This document shows positions 51,402 through 64,000 of a stretch of DNA of 64,000 nt, piece after piece. The notes beneath the pieces are model-generated. The model was not told the origin of the DNA, made no database searches, and saw only the letters and a list, made by a program, of their open reading frames with translations. The number at the start of each line of letters is the position of its first letter. The first letter of the stretch is position 1. This DNA comes from Octopus vulgaris (taxonomy: Eukaryota), in contig OX597839.1 of assembly GCA_951406725.2 (NCBI GenBank), positions 32,488,001 through 32,552,000 on the forward strand, written 5' to 3'. A program made the translations under genes and the position numbers.

Positions 51402-52958
51402 CAGGCGTGGCTGTATGGTAAGGCGCTTGCTTCGCAACCACATGGTGCCGAGTTCAGTCCCACTGCATGGCACCTTGCGCAAATATGTCTCCTACTATAT
51501 AGCTTCAGGCTGACCAAAGCCTTGTGAGTGGATTTGGTGGAAGGAAACTGAAAGAAGCCCATATGTCTGTTTGCCCACCTCTTTGACAACCAGTCTTGGT
51601 TTGTTTACATCCCCATAACTTGACGGTTCAGCAGAAAGAGACCACTAAAATAAGGACCAGGCTTGAAAAATAAATACAAAATAAATAAATTAGGCGCTGG
51701 AGTGGCTGCGTGGTAAGTAGCTTGCTAACCAACCACATGGTTCCGGGTTCAGTCCAACTGCGTGGCATCTTGGGCAAGTGTCTTCTGCTATAGCCCCGGG
51801 CCGACCAATGCCTTGTGAGGGGATTTGGTAGACGGAAACTGAAAGAAGCCTGTCGTATATATGTATATATATATATATGTGTGTGTGTGTGTTTGTCCCC
51901 CTAGCATTGCTTGACAACCGATGCTGGTGTGTTTACGTCCACGTCACTTATCGGTTCGGCAAAAGAGACCGATAGAATAAGTACTGGGCTTACAAAGAAT
52001 AAGTCCCGGGGTCGATTTGCTCGACTAAAGGCGGTGCTCCAGCATGGCCGCAATCAAATGACTGAAACAAGTAAAAGAGTAAGAGTAAATAAATAAAATA
52101 AAATAAATCGGTCAACTCGGCATGGTCACAGTTGAATGGCTGCAGCGGATAAAAGACAGAAGCACTGCAGAAAGTCCATGAAACAAATTTATGAGAGTAC
52201 ATCACTTACAATGGAGTACGCTCAAAAGGTGTTTTTACATGCTACCTGTACGAGAGCCAATCCGGTGACACTGCCATCAACCATGCTTGAATGTTGTTTT
52301 CCATGTGCCACCTGCACAGGTGTCGGTAAGGTGACGCTGGCAACAATCACGCTCGAATGGTGCTTTTCATGTGTCACCGGCACTGGAGCCAATCTGTGGC
52401 CCTGGCAATGATTTTGCTTAGGCACAGCAATACTAATAACCTGGCGTCAGAACTTTACATACGCTTCAAAACGAAACAGCTGTCAAGTTCAGAGCAATAA
52501 TAAAAAATATTTTTGTCCTTCTTTCTGGGGTGTTCCATTAAATATCAATAGGCGCAGGAGTGGCTGTGTGGTAAGTAGCTTGCTAACCAACCACATGGTT
52601 CCGGGTTCAGTCCCACCGCGTGGCATCTTGGGCAAGTGTCTTCTGCTATAGCCCCGGGCCGACCAATGCCTTGTGAGTGGATTTGGTAGACGGAAACTGA
52701 AAGAAGCCTGTCGTATATATGTATATATATATATATGTATGTGTGTGTTTGTGTGTCTGTGTTTGTCTCCCTAGCATTGCTTGACAACCGATGATGGTTG
52801 TGTTTACGTCTCTGTCACTTAGCGGTTCGGCAAAAGTGACCGATAGAATAAGTACTGAGCTTACAAAGAATAAGTCCCGGGGTCGCTTTGCTCGACTAAA
52901 GGCGGTGCTCCAGCATGGCCACAGTCAAATGACTGAAACAAATAAAAGAGTAAAAGAG
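51402..52958 (+). mobile_element. Three SINE A copies (51402..51670, 51692..52088, 52550..52958)
   Basis: Homology to family A. Confidence 0.85.
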
Positions 52959-53313
52959 TATATATATATATACACATTTTCATGTGACTGACATTTTTTT
53001 TTATTTCTCTTCATAAAAAAAAAAAAATAACAAAACACACACGAAAAAAATGACATCAATTTCTGGACAACATAATATGAAAATGCTAGACAAACACAGC
53101 TGAGTAAGAGTGTGGCTCCCATGAAATCAATGGATCAGGTTTCGATCCTTTGTTGAAGCCATTTAGTGTCTGTTAAACTATGTACATTTTTTTTTCTGTT
53201 GTATGCTTTTGTTTTTGTAGTGTTTTTTTTTTATCCTATAATTTATATAATTTCATAGATTTTGTCTGAATTTTTACAGATGAAGGATAATTTTTTTTTA
53301 TGATGACTCTCGT

Positions 53314-53368
<55 letters not shown>

Positions 53369-54379
53369 TCTATAATAATGGTATTTTGTGTTTTAGAATA
53401 TATGTATGGCTGTTAATGCCATTAGAAAAAGCATGAACATCACATATTCCCACTGCAATTTGTCTCTATATAAATTTGTGACCTTGCGGGTGGGGACTAA
53501 CAAATTAAGAAATCAATAATTCATTTGGTGGTTGGGGGGGGGGGGGCGAGCGAGAGGATAGTGGAGCAGTTGGTAACTTTGAGAAGAATCTATTTTGAAC
53601 CTCGAGGTGGGTGAATCCATTTTATTTCACTAACATGGTTAAATGATGAATACCACTATATCTCAGCCCCCCCCCGCTACACTCCATCAATTACAAAAGA
53701 TCAAAGCCAAGTGATTAAAGCTTTGTAATTGGTCTCAGAAGCTGAGCCCCAGGTCAGCTTTGACAAAATTGTTCTATGATCAAAGATCTTCTGCCTTAGC
53801 CATCCTGTCTTTATTTCAGGCATAATGTATCTGGGACTGCATTATCCAAAAGTGTCCCTTCCTGCTTTTTCTTTTTCAAAGGTGGGGTGTGATTTAAGGG
53901 ACTGTCTGTTGCGCTTTCTGGCAAATTTGAGCAACTGTATAGAGCAGCAGCTCTCGAGTGCAGTCCTCAAGCTTTTTTCCAGGGGACCTTCATGGTCTTT
54001 ATCATAAAATTTTCCTTTGACTTGTGTTTTACATCTTCTGGGTGTGGGCCCCTAAAAAAAATCCAGGTCTGGGATCTGAGATCTGACCTGGATATTATTA
54101 AAAAGATTAGGAACTATTCAAAGCATTAAAATATAAATTCCATCTGAAGATTATATTTACTACACACACACACACACACATGGGTGAGGGTGCATCTGTG
54201 GTTGTGTCTGTTTGTCTGGATATTTTGTGGCATTTACTGTCCTACAAGCTGTGTCAATTTCCAATCATTTGTGAAAACATGTCTGGCCACGAGGAAACAT
54301 TCCCTTGCTTTGAAACTCTGGCCAACATGGAAAAGTGGACATTAAATTGATGCTGTTGATTTTATATATATATATATAT

Positions 54380-54549
54380 AGGCACAGGAGTGGCTGTGTG
54401 GTAAGGAGCTTGCTTCCCAACCACATGGTTCTGGGTTCAGTCCCACTGCATGGCACCTTGGGCAAGTGTCTTCTATTATAGTCTCAGGCTAATCAAAGCC
54501 TTGTGAGTGGATTTGGCAGATGGAAACTGAAAGAAGCCCATCATACACT

Positions 54550-54643
<94 letters not shown>

Positions 54644-54670
54644 TATATATATATTTATATATATATATAT

Positions 54671-54702
<32 letters not shown>

Positions 54703-54920
54703 CATACACACACATATTTGTGTATGTTTGTGTTTGTCTCTCCACCATCGCTTTACAACTGATGTTGTTGTGTTTACGTCCCAGTAACTTAGCGGTTCAG
54801 CAAAAGCGACTGACAGAATAAGTACAAGGCTTACAAAGAAGTCCTGGGTGTCAATTTGTTTGACTAAAGCTGGTGCTCCAGCATGGCCATAGTCAAGATG
54901 ACCAAAACAAATAAAAGAAT
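54380..54920 (+). mobile_element. SINE A with expanded internal (TA)n
   Basis: Homology to family A. Confidence 0.85.
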
Positions 54921-55089
54921 ATATATACATATATATATAAGTTTGGAGGGGTATATTAATCTGGGCAGATACTCTCAGTTGAGTTCCAGTATCTAATGTC
55001 TGCGTCTACAATTAGTTGTTAGTCACTCCAAGGAGATTGGGGAGGGCTAATGAGTTAAGAAATTAATTACTCATTCAGTGGTTGAAAGT

Positions 55090-55420
55090 ACTACGGAGCA
55101 ATAAGGGTCAGAGTTATGCCGTCGGGAACTTTGGTTCCTGGTAGGGCCACCCAAGGCGGTTTGGTCTGACACCAAGTGGTATTAGGGCCACAACTGGTGA
55201 AAATCTGTTTCGGCAACCGGCAGCTCCTCGGTCGTTCTGTCACTGCGTCTGCGGCAAACAGGATGTCTCTGCATGCGGGATTGTTGGGGACCACTTGTGA
55301 AATCCACATATTCCCACGAAACTTCTTCCATGAATTCTCAATGTCGAGGGTGGTAGAAGAAGCCAACTCAACTCGCCCAGGGTGAATGTCGCCACAAGTA
55401 CTACAGCGCAATAGGTAACC
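55090..55420 (-). mobile_element. RTE-type LINE fragment
   Basis: RLPKQIF motif and GGTGGCCCTACCAGG..CCCGACGGCATAACTCT segment resembling RTE UTRs. Confidence 0.45.
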
Positions 55421-55526
55421 CTGGCGTGAATTGATTTAGGAACTCAAAATGGGTGAATTCCTTTTATTTCACTAATTCCGTGTCCTGTGCGGGACAGTAA
55501 AGGTCGCCTGGAGTATATGCTATTAC

Positions 55527-55771
55527 TAATAAAGAGTATGGAGACTTGGACATCCACGAAATTGATTTTATAATTATACACAGTGTTTCAAAATGACCTA
55601 CACGTGTTTCCAGTGCAGCGACTACTCACTGTTGCAACTGCAACCTTGCAATATTGTCGGTGCAGCTTTATCAGGGTCCAGCCATTTGGTCATCCTTGAG
55701 GATGGAGGTCATTATAATATGCTGCATATAACTATAAAATATATTTTGTGAATGTATAAGTCCCCATACTC

Positions 55772-55778
<7 letters not shown>
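55527..55778. mobile_element. MITE-like element with about 55-bp imperfect TIRs
   Basis: TAATAAAGAGTATGGAGACTT... mirrored by ...AAGTCCCCATACTCTTTATTA. Confidence 0.6.
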
Positions 55779-55816
<38 letters not shown>

Positions 55817-55817
55817 A

Positions 55818-56175
55818 CTAGCAGTATCACCCGGCGTTGCTCGGGTTTGTTTCAACCCCTTAGAATTGGAGCTTTTGAAAAGTAAAAATTTTGCCTTATG
55901 TAGCTTTAAGTGAACATTTTTCTGGTCAAAATACACCAAAAAATGGCAACACAGCCATCAAAAAAATTGTAAAAAATAGGGATTTTCATAGAAAAAAAAG
56001 CACTTTTTTGATGTAAATAATTTTTGGTGTTAACATGGTCCGATTTGAATTTTATCTGATCAGGAATGAAGAGCAAGCCTTCTATCATACTCTCAATTTT
56101 GGTCAACTTGCGCCGCAGGGTCTCGGAGGAGATAGTGTTAGTTGAAGGCTACCAAACCTGCTATACACAGACAAC
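55818..56175 (-). mobile_element. Non-autonomous Helitron (same family as 20843..21414)
   Basis: A|CTAGCAGTATCACCCGGCGTTGCTCGGG; shared body; other end runs into (TA)n array. Confidence 0.8.
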
Positions 56176-56775
<600 letters not shown>

Positions 56776-57333
56776 GTGTGTGAGTTTGTTTCCTTCCTTG
56801 GATATTGTGTTATGGCTGTAAATGAGTGTCACTGTCATACAGGCAGTGTTGTTCATTTCCAATCTTCCTCAGAAACATGTCAGGTCATATGGTGGGTGAG
56901 TATATTACCTTGTTTGGAACCAGGGAAGGGTTGGGGACAGGAAGGGCATTCAGCAGTAGAAACATCTACCCCCCAACAAATCCCATCTGACACGGACAAG
57001 TGTCAGATGGAGAAGTGAATGTTAGAACGATGACAACGATGAATGAATGAATGTTGATGATGATGATGACTACCTGAGACCCAGCGCAGTTTTCTGCCAC
57101 CCGCACCATAATTAATTTATGTATTGGGGAGGGGAGAAGTTGTGATGTTCATACATTTGTCAAAGGGACATTGGGAAGCATAAGTCAAATGATGTGGAAC
57201 AGAGGGAGACAGCTTTAAAAAAAAAACAAAATAACATTTAAAAATAACACAAACAATACAGAGACAAAGAACAACAAAAAACTCTTTTTTTTTTTACAAT
57301 GAATAAACCAACATAAAATAGCTATATATATAC

Positions 57334-57393
<60 letters not shown>

Positions 57394-57409
57394 CATATAT
57401 ATATGTGTG

Positions 57410-57620
57410 TGTGTGTGTTTGTGTGTCTGTGTTTGTCCCCCTAGCATTGCTTGACAACCGATGCTGGTGTGTTTACGTCCCCGTCACTTAGCGGTTCGGC
57501 AAAAGAGACCATTAGAATAAGTACTGGGCTTACAAAGAATAAGTCCTGGGGTCGATTTGCTCGACTAAAGGCGGTGCTCCAGCATGGCTGCAGTCAAATG
57601 ACTGAAACAAGTAAAAGAGT
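57410..57620 (+). mobile_element. SINE A 3' half
   Basis: Homology to family A. Confidence 0.85.
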
Positions 57621-57705
57621 ATATATATACATATATATACACACACACACCTATATATATTTACATATATATACACACATATATACGTGGCCTGATCGAG
57701 AAGTA

Positions 57706-57940
57706 GGGCAGTGAGGTGGTAGAATTGTTAGCATGCTGGGCAAAATGCTTAGCCGTATTTCGTCTGCTGCTACGTTCTGAGTTCAAATTCCACGAAGGTT
57801 GATTCAGCCTTTCATCCTTTCGGGGGGTCGATTAAATAAGTACCAGTCATGCACTGGGGTCGATGTAATCGACTTAATCCGTTTGTCTGTCCTTGTTTGT
57901 CCACTCTTATGTTTAGCCCCGTGTGGGCAATAAAGAAATA
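57706..57940 (+). mobile_element. SINE C inserted in the left mariner TIR
   Basis: Splits CTGATC|AATAAGTATCC; imperfect TSD GAGAAGTA/AATAAGTA. Confidence 0.85.
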
Positions 57941-58334
57941 AATAAGTATCCGGACTGTTGCCATAGTAACAAAGTTAAAGCACGCAGTGTGAAGCCACTT
58001 GGCACAGATTGACCTGGAACTCTGCTGTGCGTGTGCACCGAGTTCTAACGTTCTTGCTCACTTCTGCTGTTTACAGCGGTGCTTGGAAGGAAGATGGTCA
58101 TCGCACTGATCATGACGGAGCAAGCGGTCATGGTGGTACCTGCTCAGAAGCCCATGCAGAGTCGCAGAAAGAGGAGCTCACGAGCCACACTCGAATGTAC
58201 GAGTGGTTCAGATGTTTCCAAGGTGGCACCAATAATGTTGATAGTGACAAACGTTCTGGGAGACCCACAACTAGCAGAACTGAGGAAAACATCACAGATC
58301 TGTGTGCAGCTGTGAGGGGACATCGTCAAATCTG

Positions 58335-59290
58335 TTTCTTTATTACCCACAGGGGGCTAAACACAAAGGGGACAAACAAGGACAGACAAACGGATTAAGT
58401 CGATTACATCGACCCCAGTGCGTAACTGGTACTTAATTTATCGACCCCGAAAGGATGAAAAGCAAAGTCGACCTCGGTGGAATTTGAACTCAGAACGTAA
58501 CGGCAGCCGAAATACCTATTTCTTTACTACCCACAAGGGGCTAAACACAGAGGGGACAAACAAGGACAGACAAAGGGATTAAGTCGATTACATCGACCCC
58601 AGTGCGTAACTGGTACTTAATTTATCGACCCCGAAAGGATGAAAGGCAAAGTCAACCTCGGCGTAATTTGAACTCGGAACGTAACGGCAGCCGAAATACC
58701 TATTTCTTTACTACCCACAAGGGGCTAAACACAGAGAGGACAAACAAGGACAGACAAAGGGACTAAGTCAATTACATCGACCCCAGTGCATAACTGGTAC
58801 TTAATTTATCAACCCCGAAAGGATGAAAGGCAAAGTCGACCTCGGCGGAATTTGAACTCGGAACATAACGGCAGCCGAAATACCTATTTCTTTACTACCC
58901 ACAAGGGGCTAAACACAGAGGGGACAAACAAGGACAGACAAACGGATTAAGTCAATTACATCGACCCCAGTGCATAACTGGTACTTAATTTATCAACCCC
59001 GAAAGGATGAAAGGCAAAGTCGACCTCGGCAGAATTTGAACTCGGAACGTAACGGCAGCCGAAATACCTATTTCTTTACTACCCACAAGGGGCTAAACAC
59101 AGAGAGGACAGACAAACGGATTAAGTCGATTACATCGACCCCAGTGCGTAACTAGTACTTAATTTATCAACCCTGAAAGGATGAAAGGCAAAGTCGACCT
59201 CGGCAGAATTTGAACTCAGAATGTAACGGCAGACGAAATACGGCTACGCATTTCGCCCAGCATGCTAACGGTTCTGCCAGCTCATCACCT
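58335..59290 (-). repeat. Head-to-tail array of five SINE C units, 184-bp period
   Basis: TTTCTTTA.TACCCAC recurs at 58335, 58519, 58703, 58887, 59071. Confidence 0.95.
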
Positions 59291-59717
59291 TAGTTACAGT
59301 TCAGTTGAGCCCATTATCACTGAAGATTTGGGTATGAGATGCGTGTCAGCCAAATTTGTGCCAAAACTACTTTCAGCTGACCAAAAAGGACACTCAGGTT
59401 TCAGTGAAAACAAGATCTCCTTGATCGTGTCGAGAACAATATAAACTTTTTGGAAACTTTGCATAGGCCTCTGAGCAAGTATTGCCAAGCTTTCAATGAA
59501 ATTTGATGCAATTTCTCAGCTCAGCTTCCTCTGTTATAGTCAATACGATGATTACACGCTACACACCTTCCTTCCAAGCACTGCTGTAAACAGCAGAAGT
59601 GTTAAAACTTAGTGAACACGAACAGCAGAATACAAGGTCAATCTGTGCCAAGTGGCTTTACTCTGCGTGCTTTAGCTTTGTTACTATGGCAACAGTCTGG
59701 ATACTTATTGATTAGAC

Positions 59718-59759
<42 letters not shown>

Positions 59760-59924
59760 TATATATATATTACATACACACACACATGTATTAGCACATG
59801 TGAATTATATAAATACAAATAAAATAGAAAGACATAACTATATATATTATCACATACACACACATACATAACTATATATATTTATATATATATATATATA
59901 CATACATACACACACATACATAAC

Positions 59925-59962
<38 letters not shown>

Positions 59963-59970
59963 TACATAAC

Positions 59971-60002
<32 letters not shown>

Positions 60003-60052
60003 TACATAACTATATATATATATATATATATACATACATACACACACATACA

Positions 60053-60100
<48 letters not shown>

Positions 60101-60108
60101 TACATAAT

Positions 60109-60142
<34 letters not shown>

Positions 60143-60195
60143 ATATATATATATATATATATACATATAGTTAACACACATACGACTGTATATAT

Positions 60196-60375
60196 CAGCG
60201 GTTTTCAACTGTGATCCGCAGGGCCGCATGTGGCCCTCCAGTATCCTTCTAATGGATCTTGAGGTTCTTCCCTCTATAAATCTAATACATTTTCTTAGAA
60301 TTCTGTCCTGCTTCTTTCGGTGAGCCTCCCAGATTTTGGCTTTGGTCCAGATATTAAAACAGTTGAGAACCATAT
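60196..60375. mobile_element. hAT/Charlie-type MITE
   Basis: CAGCGGTTTTCAACTG ... CAGTTGAGAACCATTA termini. Confidence 0.6.
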
Positions 60376-60904
60376 TATACATACATACACACATATATAT
60401 CTACAAAAATATACATACACATATATCTATATATCCTATACAGCTACAAATATATAGAGGTTTGTAGTTATTCATCTATTTATACATTACATAAGGGTTT
60501 TCTAGTGTGGACCCCGCTTGACCCGTGCCCTACAAGTTGATTTAGTAAACTGATATGATACAAGACCGTCGTCTGTGTTTGTGTGCAAGTCTCTTTGTCT
60601 TGATACTGCATGTTAATAGTAAACGAGCATCCCTGTCGTACAAGCAGTGTTGATTTTTCTGTCAAAAGCATGCCTGGTCGTAGGGAGATATTATCTTAGC
60701 CTGAAACAAGTGGTGGTTGTGGACAGGAAAGGCATCCAGCTGCGGAGGACTTGCCTAGATGAATCCCTTCTTGTCATTGCAAACAGGGAAATGTTGATAC
60801 TGAAACAATTACGACAATTTTGTTGTGCCTGGCGAGAGTCTTTCTGTTTTAATGCCTTATTAACCCTTTAGTGTTCGCATTATTCTGCCAAAATTTATGC
60901 TTTT

Positions 60905-61228
60905 TCCTCGTGGCGTAAAAAGCACTATCCGACTCGTGGCCGATGCCAGCTCCGCCTCGTCTGGCTTCCGTGCCGGTGGCACATAAAATACACCAATCCG
61001 ACCGTGGCCGTTGCCAGCCTCGCCTGGCACCTGTGCAGGTGGCACGTAAAAAGCACCCACTACACTCACGGAGTGGTTGGCGTTAGGAAGGGCATCCAGC
61101 CATAGAAACACTGCCAGATTAGACTGGAGCCTGGTGCAGCCTTCTGGCTTCCCAGATCCCCGGTCGAACTGTCCAACCCATGCTAGCATGGAGAACGGAT
61201 GTTAAACAATGATGATGATGATGATGAT
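60905..61228 (+). mobile_element. SINE/RTE-related repeat with GGAAGGGCATCCAGC core and (GAT)n tail
   Basis: Related copies at 61965..62130 (-), about 56770..57070 and 60560..60810. Confidence 0.7.
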
Positions 61229-61294
61229 CCACACTGTTTTGAACTGATCATGCATTATCTTGTAGTGATGAGATTTTGATGAGGAAGCTGTTTC

Positions 61295-61499
61295 TTCCTG
61301 TTTCTGTTGTACCTGTATTTCAAAGGGTCGGTCTCGTCACATTCTGTGTCATGCTGAATCTCCCTCGAGAACTATGTTAAGGGTACATGTGACTGTGGAG
61401 TGCTCAGCCACTTACACGTTAATTGCACGAGTAGGCTGTTCTGTTATTTGGATCAACTGGAGCCCTCATCATCATAACCGACAGAGTGCCACAATGACG

Positions 61500-61547
<48 letters not shown>

Positions 61548-61699
61548 GCTGTGTGGTAAGTAGCTTGCTTCCCAACCACATGGTTCTGGGTTCAGTCCCA
61601 CTGCATGGCACCTTGGACAAGTGTCTTCTGCTAAAGCCTCGAGACAACCAAAGCCTTGAGATTGGATTTGGTAGACGGAAACTGAAAGAAGCCTGCCAC

Positions 61700-61730
<31 letters not shown>

Positions 61731-61918
61731 TGCATGTATGTATTTGTGTATCTGTTTATCCCCCTCCCACCATTGCTTGACACCGATGTTGGGGTGTTTA
61801 CGTTCATGTAAAGAGACCAATAGAATAAGGACTAGGCATACAGGGGTCAATTTATTCAACTAAAGGCGGTGCTCCAGCATGGCTGCAGTCAAAAATGACT
61901 GAAACAAGTAATAGAGTA
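61295..61918 (+). mobile_element. SINE B 3' half followed by SINE A
   Basis: Homology to families B (61295..61490) and A (61545..61918). Confidence 0.8.
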
Positions 61919-62280
61919 AAATATAGATATTTTTCATTATATTTTTAATATATATATATTCTATCATCATCGATTAACATCCATTTTCCATGCTGGCATG
62001 GGTTGTAAGGTTTGACTGAGGTCTGGAGAGCCAGGGGTCTGCACCAGGCTCCAATCTGGTCTGGCAGTTTCTACAGCTGGATGCCCTTCCTAATGCCAGC
62101 CACTCCGAGAGTGTAGTCGGTGCTTTTACATGATGTATATTTTTTATATCTTTTTGATGTCTTGAATATACTCTCGGAGAAATTCCAGACCCTGTTGGGT
62201 CTGGGGCTGAATAAATACAAATGTAGATGTGAACCAGATTTGCCTGACTTTGGTTCTTACTTCTGCATACATATATATAT

Positions 62281-62953
62281 CACAGGCGTGTGGACCATGG
62301 AAGCTGGGGAAGCAATGCTTCTCTGAAAAGTTATGGAAACAAAATTAAAACTATATTCCTTATTTTCATAAGATCGTTTTTCTAATGTTCTGTAAAATTA
62401 ATATAAACTACATGACATCATAGGCTTCAGACTTTTATTGTCGGAATCAGCATGAGATGACAAACAGTGGCAGATGACACAAAAAAAAAAAAAAAATCTT
62501 GCAAGGGAAGCAACAGGACCTGTTGCATCCCTTTCGGTATAATATTTTAACATTTTTTCCAATAAAAATGCCACAAAGACAATTTTTTTTCTAAGAGTTG
62601 ATGACGAATAGTTTTAGATGCAAATAAATATTCATATGCTTGGATTAAGTTTGTCAATTCGCAATACCTATGATATAATCTTATGTTATGTAACACTTTA
62701 CATGGGAAAAGGGGAAGCATGTCGACTTTCTGCTTCCATCAGAAAAACGGTGGAAAGATATCGGGTGCGTAGTTTTCTGCCTTTATTCAACTACTTTTTC
62801 AAATTACAGAACACCCTTAATATAAAATGCGATTAAAAAAATTTTTTTTAAATAGCTGGATAATACGAACATGTCAATTTGATTCAAATATCTATGTGAC
62901 AAAAAAATTTTGGTCATTGCTTCCCCAGCCATAAAGATCACCGCACGCCCCTG
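62281..62953. mobile_element. Non-autonomous hAT-like element
   Basis: TIRs CACAGGCGTGTGG / CCGCACGCCCCTG, subterminal GCTGGGGAAGCAATG inverted pair, ATATATAT on both flanks. Confidence 0.7.
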
Positions 62954-62965
62954 ATATATATATAC

Positions 62966-63004
<39 letters not shown>

Positions 63005-63090
63005 GCCGGTGCTTTTACATGATGTATATTTTTTTATATCTTTTTGATGTATTGAATATACTCTTGGAGAAATTCCAGAAATATATATAT

Positions 63091-63391
63091 TTGGCTCAGT
63101 GGTTAGAGCATCGAGCTTACGATCGTGAGGTTGTGAGCTGTGTTCTTGAGCAAGACACTTTATTCCACGTTGCTCCAGTTCACTCAGCTGTAGAAATGAG
63201 TTGCGACGTCACAGGTGCCAAGCTGTATCGGCCCCTTTGCCTTTCCCTTGGACAACATCGGTGACGTGGAGAGGGGAGGCCGGTATGCATGGGCGACTGC
63301 TGGACTTCCATGAAACAACCTTGCCCAGACTTGTGCCTCAGAGAGTAACTCTCTAGGTGCAAACCCATGGTCAGTGTCTGACCGAAGGGGG

Positions 63392-63396
<5 letters not shown>
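63091..63396 (+). mobile_element. tRNA-derived CORE-like SINE
   Basis: TGGCTCAGTGGTTAGAGC A box; CTTGAGCAAGACACTT. Confidence 0.7.
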
Positions 63397-63452
<56 letters not shown>

Positions 63453-63878
63453 ACGGTTTTGATTTGCTCAATGCAGCTGACAGACACTCAGCGCATTGAG
63501 CTTGGGTAACTGAGTCACAAGGGACCAAATTAAAATGTTTTTGATAATAATAATGTATGTAATGCTCGCTAAATTTATTAAGTGATTCTTTCTTTCGTTA
63601 GTCCATTCGCCCATGTTTGTATTTATGTATGTATGCATAGATATATACTGAGGAAAAGGAGGCAGTCAGAATTTTGGATAATTCTTTATTAGCACTTTCG
63701 TTTGCCTCTCAAATTCGTCAAGGACAAAATCAAAGTCATTTAAAATTTGTCAAGACAAGTTTGATAAAAGAACGAAAGAACTAATAAAAGATTATCCAAA
63801 ATCTGCCTAATTTTTCTCAAGATTCAATATTTGTAACCACTTCAAACACATTATATATATATACATACACACATACAT

Positions 63879-63918
<40 letters not shown>

Positions 63919-64000
63919 CACACATATATCCTATATATATACGCACACACACACATACATTATATATATACACACACACACATATATATACATCACATAT

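Larger units (their letters stand above)
57686..59721 (+). mobile_element. Internally deleted mariner (Tc1/mariner) element with about 150-bp TIRs and nested SINEs
   Basis: TA flanks; TIRs 57941..58092 and 59565..59721; transposase remnants MYEWFRCFQGG...DKRSGRPTTS and IITEDLGMRCVSAKFVPKLLSADQK. Confidence 0.9.

Noticed and set aside
58335-59290. CRISPR-like regular repeat
   Set aside because: No unique spacers; units are SINE copies in eukaryotic DNA

Overview
AT-rich, repeat-saturated eukaryotic (animal) genomic DNA. The SINE families and extreme (TA)n/(CA)n/(GA)n density suggest a cephalopod such as Octopus (inference, not verifiable here). I find no supportable host protein-coding exon; nearly all long ORFs in the track are microsatellite or SINE read-throughs. 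Contents: at least three abundant tRNA-derived SINE families (called A, B and C here); fragments of RTE, CR1/L2, R4/Dong-like and Tx1/L1 LINEs; a Penelope-like GIY-YIG remnant; four non-autonomous Helitrons; a decayed hAT-related transposase; an internally deleted mariner; and several MITEs. Most interesting signals: (1) short, (TA)n-abutting elements carrying minimal type I hammerhead-ribozyme cores, including one with a compensatory U3-A8 core next to a 325-bp fold-back; (2) a precise 5 x 184-bp head-to-tail SINE concatemer whose junction falls at a hairpin loop, in a SINE family whose 3' tail matches a Tx1/L1 LINE also present in the window; (3) a mariner whose terminal inverted repeats carry RFX X-box motifs; (4) a CpG-rich candidate promoter near 28.5 kb; (5) several short locally templated duplications. 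Coordinates were read by eye and may be off by a few bases.
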